From Gemmatimonadota bacterium (GTDB lineage Bacteria; Gemmatimonadota; Gemmatimonadetes; Longimicrobiales; Gaopeijiaceae), in NCBI GenBank assembly GCA_039589315.1, contig JBDHHQ010000125.1, positions 1 to 11,360 on the forward strand: 11,360 nucleotides of DNA, given 5' to 3'. Each line of letters opens with the position of its first letter. Position 1 is the stretch's first letter. This document shows positions 8,592 through 11,360 of the stretch, one piece after another. The notes below the pieces were generated by a model. That model saw nothing but the letters and a program-made list of their open reading frames with translations, made no database searches and was not told the origin of the DNA. Made by a program: the position numbers and the translations under genes.

Positions 8592-8605
8592 AGGCCGTTT
8601 GAGAT

Positions 8606-10045
8606 ATGCCCGCCAAGGACGTACGTCTCCCGCTCCTCGACGACCACCCGAACGACGAATGTGGCGTCGTGGGCGTGTCGGGAGTCCCGAATGCCGCCGA
8701 GTTGACCTTTCTGGGCCTCTACGCCCTCCAGCATCGAGGCCAGGAGTCGGCCGGGATCTGCGCGGTGAACGGAGGCCAGGCCCGACTCCAGAAGGGCGAA
8801 GGCCTCGTCGCCGACGTCTTCAACGCCGAGCGACTCGCCAAGCTCCCCGGCCCGACGGCGATCGGCCATGTGCGCTACTCGACGGCCGGTGGCAGCGGCA
8901 TCCGCAACGCCCAGCCCATAACCGTACGGTACGCTCGCGGCGACCTGTCGGTAGCCCACAACGGGAACATCACCAACGCCCAGGAGCTCCGGCAGCGGCT
9001 GGTCCAGGAGGGCGCGATCTTCCAGAGCACCTCCGACTCGGAGGTCATCGTCCACCTGATCGCCAGGTCCCGCCACGACACGGTCGAGGCCCAGATCGAC
9101 GATGCCCTCACCCACCTGGAGGGGGCCTTCTCGGTAGCCCTCTCCGTCGGCGACACGATGTTCGCGTCGCGGGACGCCCGTGGATTCCGGCCCCTGGTCC
9201 TGGGGCGGACGAACGGCGGACACGTGGTGGCCAGCGAGACCTGCGCCCTGGACATCATCGGCGCGGACTACATCCGAGACATCGAGCCCGGCGAGGTGCT
9301 CCGTATCCGCGGCAGCCGTGTCGACCGGCTTCGCAGCCTGCCCCCGGCCCCACGACACGCCCCGTGCATCTTCGAGCTGGTCTACTTCGCGCGCCCGGAC
9401 TCCCGGCTCTGGGGCATCAGCGTCGACCGTGCTCGGCGCGCCTTCGGGCGTCAACTCGCCCGCGAGCACCCCGTGGAGGGCGACGCCGTCATCGCCGTCC
9501 CCGACAGCGCCAACTCGGCAGCTTTGGGTTACGCCGAGGAGAGCGGAATCCCCTTCGAGCTGGGCCTGCTCAGGAATCACTACGTGGGCCGTACCTTCAT
9601 CCAGCCGTCCCAAGTGGATCGGGACTTCGGCGCCCGGATGAAGTACAACCCGGTCCGCGAAGTCCTGGACGGACGACGGGTCATCGTCGTGGACGACTCC
9701 CTCGTCCGGGGTACGACGAGCTCGAGCCTGGTCAAGTTCATACGGCAAGCGGGCGCCCGTGAAGTGCACTTTCGCGTGGCGAGTCCTCCGGTGCGCTTTC
9801 CGTGCTACTACGGCATCGACATGCCCAGCCGCGAGGAGCTCATCGGCTCCCGCCTGTCCGTCGAGGACATCGCGCGCGAGGTCGGGGTGGAGACGCTCGG
9901 CTACCTCTCGCTCGAAGGCATGGCCAACGCCGTAGTCGAGGGTGGGCCCTTCTGCGACGCCTGCTTCTCGGGAGACTACCCGGCCCCTCTCGTGGACATG
10001 GAACGAGGCCTGTTGGCCATCGCCGGAGCCCGAGGGCGCGGGTGA
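8606..10045 (+). CDS. purF: Amidophosphoribosyltransferase (glutamine PRPP amidotransferase), propeptide and Fe-S type, 479 aa
   Basis: N-terminal nucleophile E-CGVVG (Cys codon 8660-8662), LQHRGQESAG, IGHVRYST, AHNGN, SDSE, CIFELVYFARPDS, PRPP motif VVDDSLVRGTT, PCYYGID, FCDACFSG. Confidence 0.97.
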   Translation: MPAKDVRLPLLDDHPNDECGVVGVSGVPNAAELTFLGLYALQHRGQESAGICAVNGGQARLQKGEGLVADVFNAERLAKLPGPTAIGHVRYSTAGGSGIRNAQPITVRYARGDLSVAHNGNITNAQELRQRLVQEGAIFQSTSDSEVIVHLIARSRHDTVEAQIDDALTHLEGAFSVALSVGDTMFASRDARGFRPLVLGRTNGGHVVASETCALDIIGADYIRDIEPGEVLRIRGSRVDRLRSLPPAPRHAPCIFELVYFARPDSRLWGISVDRARRAFGRQLAREHPVEGDAVIAVPDSANSAALGYAEESGIPFELGLLRNHYVGRTFIQPSQVDRDFGARMKYNPVREVLDGRRVIVVDDSLVRGTTSSSLVKFIRQAGAREVHFRVASPPVRFPCYYGIDMPSREELIGSRLSVEDIAREVGVETLGYLSLEGMANAVVEGGPFCDACFSGDYPAPLVDMERGLLAIAGARGRG

Positions 10046-11085
10046 GCACCAGATCGGTCGCGGTCACCCGCGAACGGTTACTGGCGCTGCCCAAGACGGA
10101 GCTTCATGTCCACCTGGACGGCAGCATACGTCCCGGCACCATGGTGGAGCTCGCGGAGGAGCACGACAAACAGCTTCCTACCACCGATCCAGAAGCCCTC
10201 GCCCTCCACATGCAAGCGGGCGACACGCGCAACCTCGAGGAGTACCTGAGCCGCTTCGAGCTCACGCTTTCCGTCATGCAGCACGCCAACGCCCTCGAGC
10301 GGATCGCGTACGAGCTGGCTGAGGACAACGCTCGGGAAAACGTGCAGTACCTGGAGGTGCGGTACTCGCCGATCCTCAACACCCGCGAGGGCTTGCCGCT
10401 CACTGAAGCGGTGGAGGCGCCCTTACGGGGCCTGCGTCGAGCCGGAGAGGAGTTCGGGATCCGCACCGCTGTGATCATCTGTGGAATCCGGAACATGGAT
10501 CCGGGCACGTCGCGCGACCTGGCCGACCTGACCGTGGCCTTCAAAGGCCGCGGCGTAGTGGCGTTCGACCTGGCGGGTGCCGAGTACAACTACCCGGCCA
10601 AGAAGCACAAGAACGCGTTCTTCACGGTCATCAACAAGAACATGGCCACCACGATCCACGCCGGTGAGGCGTACGGAGCCGAGTCCATCCACCAGGCGCT
10701 CCATTACTGCCGGGCAAACCGCATCGGCCACGGCACCCGCCTCATCGAGGATCCTGACCTGATGGCGTACGTGAGGGACTTCCAGATTCCCCTGGAGATC
10801 TGCCTTACGTCCAACGTCCAGACCCGGGCTGTCCCGTCCTTCGCCGAGCATCCCCTGAGGCGGTATTTCGACGAGGGACTGGTGGTTACGCTGAACACCG
10901 ACAACCGGCTCATCTCGGGGACGACGCTGACGGACGAGTACTGGCGGGCCCACGAGCACCTGGGGTTCACGTGGGAGGAGCTGGTGCGCGTAGCGCGGAT
11001 GGGGTTCGAGTCGGCGTTCCTGCCCCATGTGGTGAAGGCGGAGGTCTTGCGTCGGGTGGACGAGGAGACGGCGGCGATCGCCTGA
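10042..11085 (+). CDS. add: Adenosine deaminase family amidohydrolase, 347 aa
   Basis: Start reassigned from the ORF-track 9802 to GTG 10042 (GTGA overlap with the purF stop; GAGG at 10032-10035). Motifs LPKTELHVHLDGS, YLEVRYSP, DLAGAE, TIHAGE, RIGHG, EICLTSN, NTDN. Family is secure; exact substrate is not. Confidence 0.9.
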   Translation: MSTRSVAVTRERLLALPKTELHVHLDGSIRPGTMVELAEEHDKQLPTTDPEALALHMQAGDTRNLEEYLSRFELTLSVMQHANALERIAYELAEDNARENVQYLEVRYSPILNTREGLPLTEAVEAPLRGLRRAGEEFGIRTAVIICGIRNMDPGTSRDLADLTVAFKGRGVVAFDLAGAEYNYPAKKHKNAFFTVINKNMATTIHAGEAYGAESIHQALHYCRANRIGHGTRLIEDPDLMAYVRDFQIPLEICLTSNVQTRAVPSFAEHPLRRYFDEGLVVTLNTDNRLISGTTLTDEYWRAHEHLGFTWEELVRVARMGFESAFLPHVVKAEVLRRVDEETAAIA

Positions 11086-11360
11086 GCGACTGGTTGCTCT
11101 CAGCGACGGCCAGCTCTGGTTCTGGGCGCCTCGAGTGGCTTCCCTCGGGGCTGCGGGGAGTCTGGGTGGCCGGGTGTTTCGAGACGTGCTCCGCGTACCG
11201 CGGGGGAGCTCGACTCCGCCACGCCCTTTTGGGTCGCGGCGCCGCTCGGGACGGGGGCCATCCGGCGCGTCTTGCCCTCGCCACGGCGTCCGCTCCACCC
11301 CGGTCCGGGCCGGCCCCTTCGCCGTCGGGAAGCAAGCCCTCGCCACCCCAACACCGGGGG
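11086..11360. other. Apparently non-coding, hairpin-rich region downstream of add (possible structured RNA or REP-like repeat; runs off the window)
   Basis: No credible ORF. Inverted repeats at 11128-11151, 11179-11213, 11217-11241, 11250-11271 and 11271-11336; exact direct repeat GCCCTCGCCAC at 11274-11284 and 11336-11346. Confidence 0.3.

Noticed and set aside
135..9762. Alternative-frame and antisense ORFs (e.g. 135-1076, 995-1882, 2275-3426, 5247-6113, 6357-7340, 8599-9762)
   Set aside because: Arg/Pro/Gly/Ala-rich or motif-free shadows of real genes, caused by scarce stop codons in GC-rich DNA.
8030..9769. 579-aa ORF on the - strand opposite purL/purF
   Set aside because: Fully antisense to two well-supported genes, with no recognisable motifs. 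Long antisense ORFs are expected from GC-rich codon bias.
9802..10041. ORF-track 80-aa Arg-rich N-terminal extension of the deaminase (possible fusion or frameshift)
   Set aside because: Lies inside the conserved purF 3' end; GTG 10042 has an SD, overlaps the purF stop and gives a normal-length ADA.
1073..10045. Absence of purD, purN, purM, purE/K and purH as a sign of a truncated or repurposed pathway
   Set aside because: pur genes are commonly split across loci; all genes present have intact catalytic motifs, and the rest of the genome is not visible.
11274..11346. GCCCTCGCCAC direct repeat at 62-nt spacing as a CRISPR array
   Set aside because: Only two copies of 11 nt, too short for a CRISPR repeat, and no cas genes in the window.
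10423..11354. - strand ORFs in the tail (10423-11346, 10967-11335, 11100-11354) as a convergent gene
   Set aside because: Low-complexity translations with no family motifs; two overlap add substantially.
11299..11360. GGAAGCAAGC resembling SRP RNA helix 8, and terminal GGGGG resembling a tRNA/tmRNA 5' end
   Set aside because: The CAGG...GNRA part of the SRP motif is missing, no RNase P or tRNA consensus is visible on either strand, and five Gs at the window edge are not evidence.

Overview
GC-rich bacterial DNA (roughly 70% GC by eye, not computed) that is almost entirely one + strand gene run: a 5'-truncated HtrA/DegP-family protease, then purB-purC-psd-pssA-purS-purQ-purL-purF-add, then about 275 nt with no credible ORF but many possible hairpins. 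This is a housekeeping de novo purine cluster; no mobile element, CRISPR array, rRNA or tRNA is visible. The most notable feature is a phosphatidylserine/phosphatidylethanolamine module (psd-pssA) joined into the pur genes by overlapping stop/start codons, with an adenosine-deaminase-family gene attached to purF the same way. The purQ-purL and purL-purF spacers and the tail can fold into structures that are candidate cis-regulatory RNAs or repeats, but these were folded by eye in high-GC DNA and are tentative. Gene order and protein style suggest Gemmatimonadota or a related FCB lineage (inference, not tested). I cannot support a clearly novel system from this window alone.
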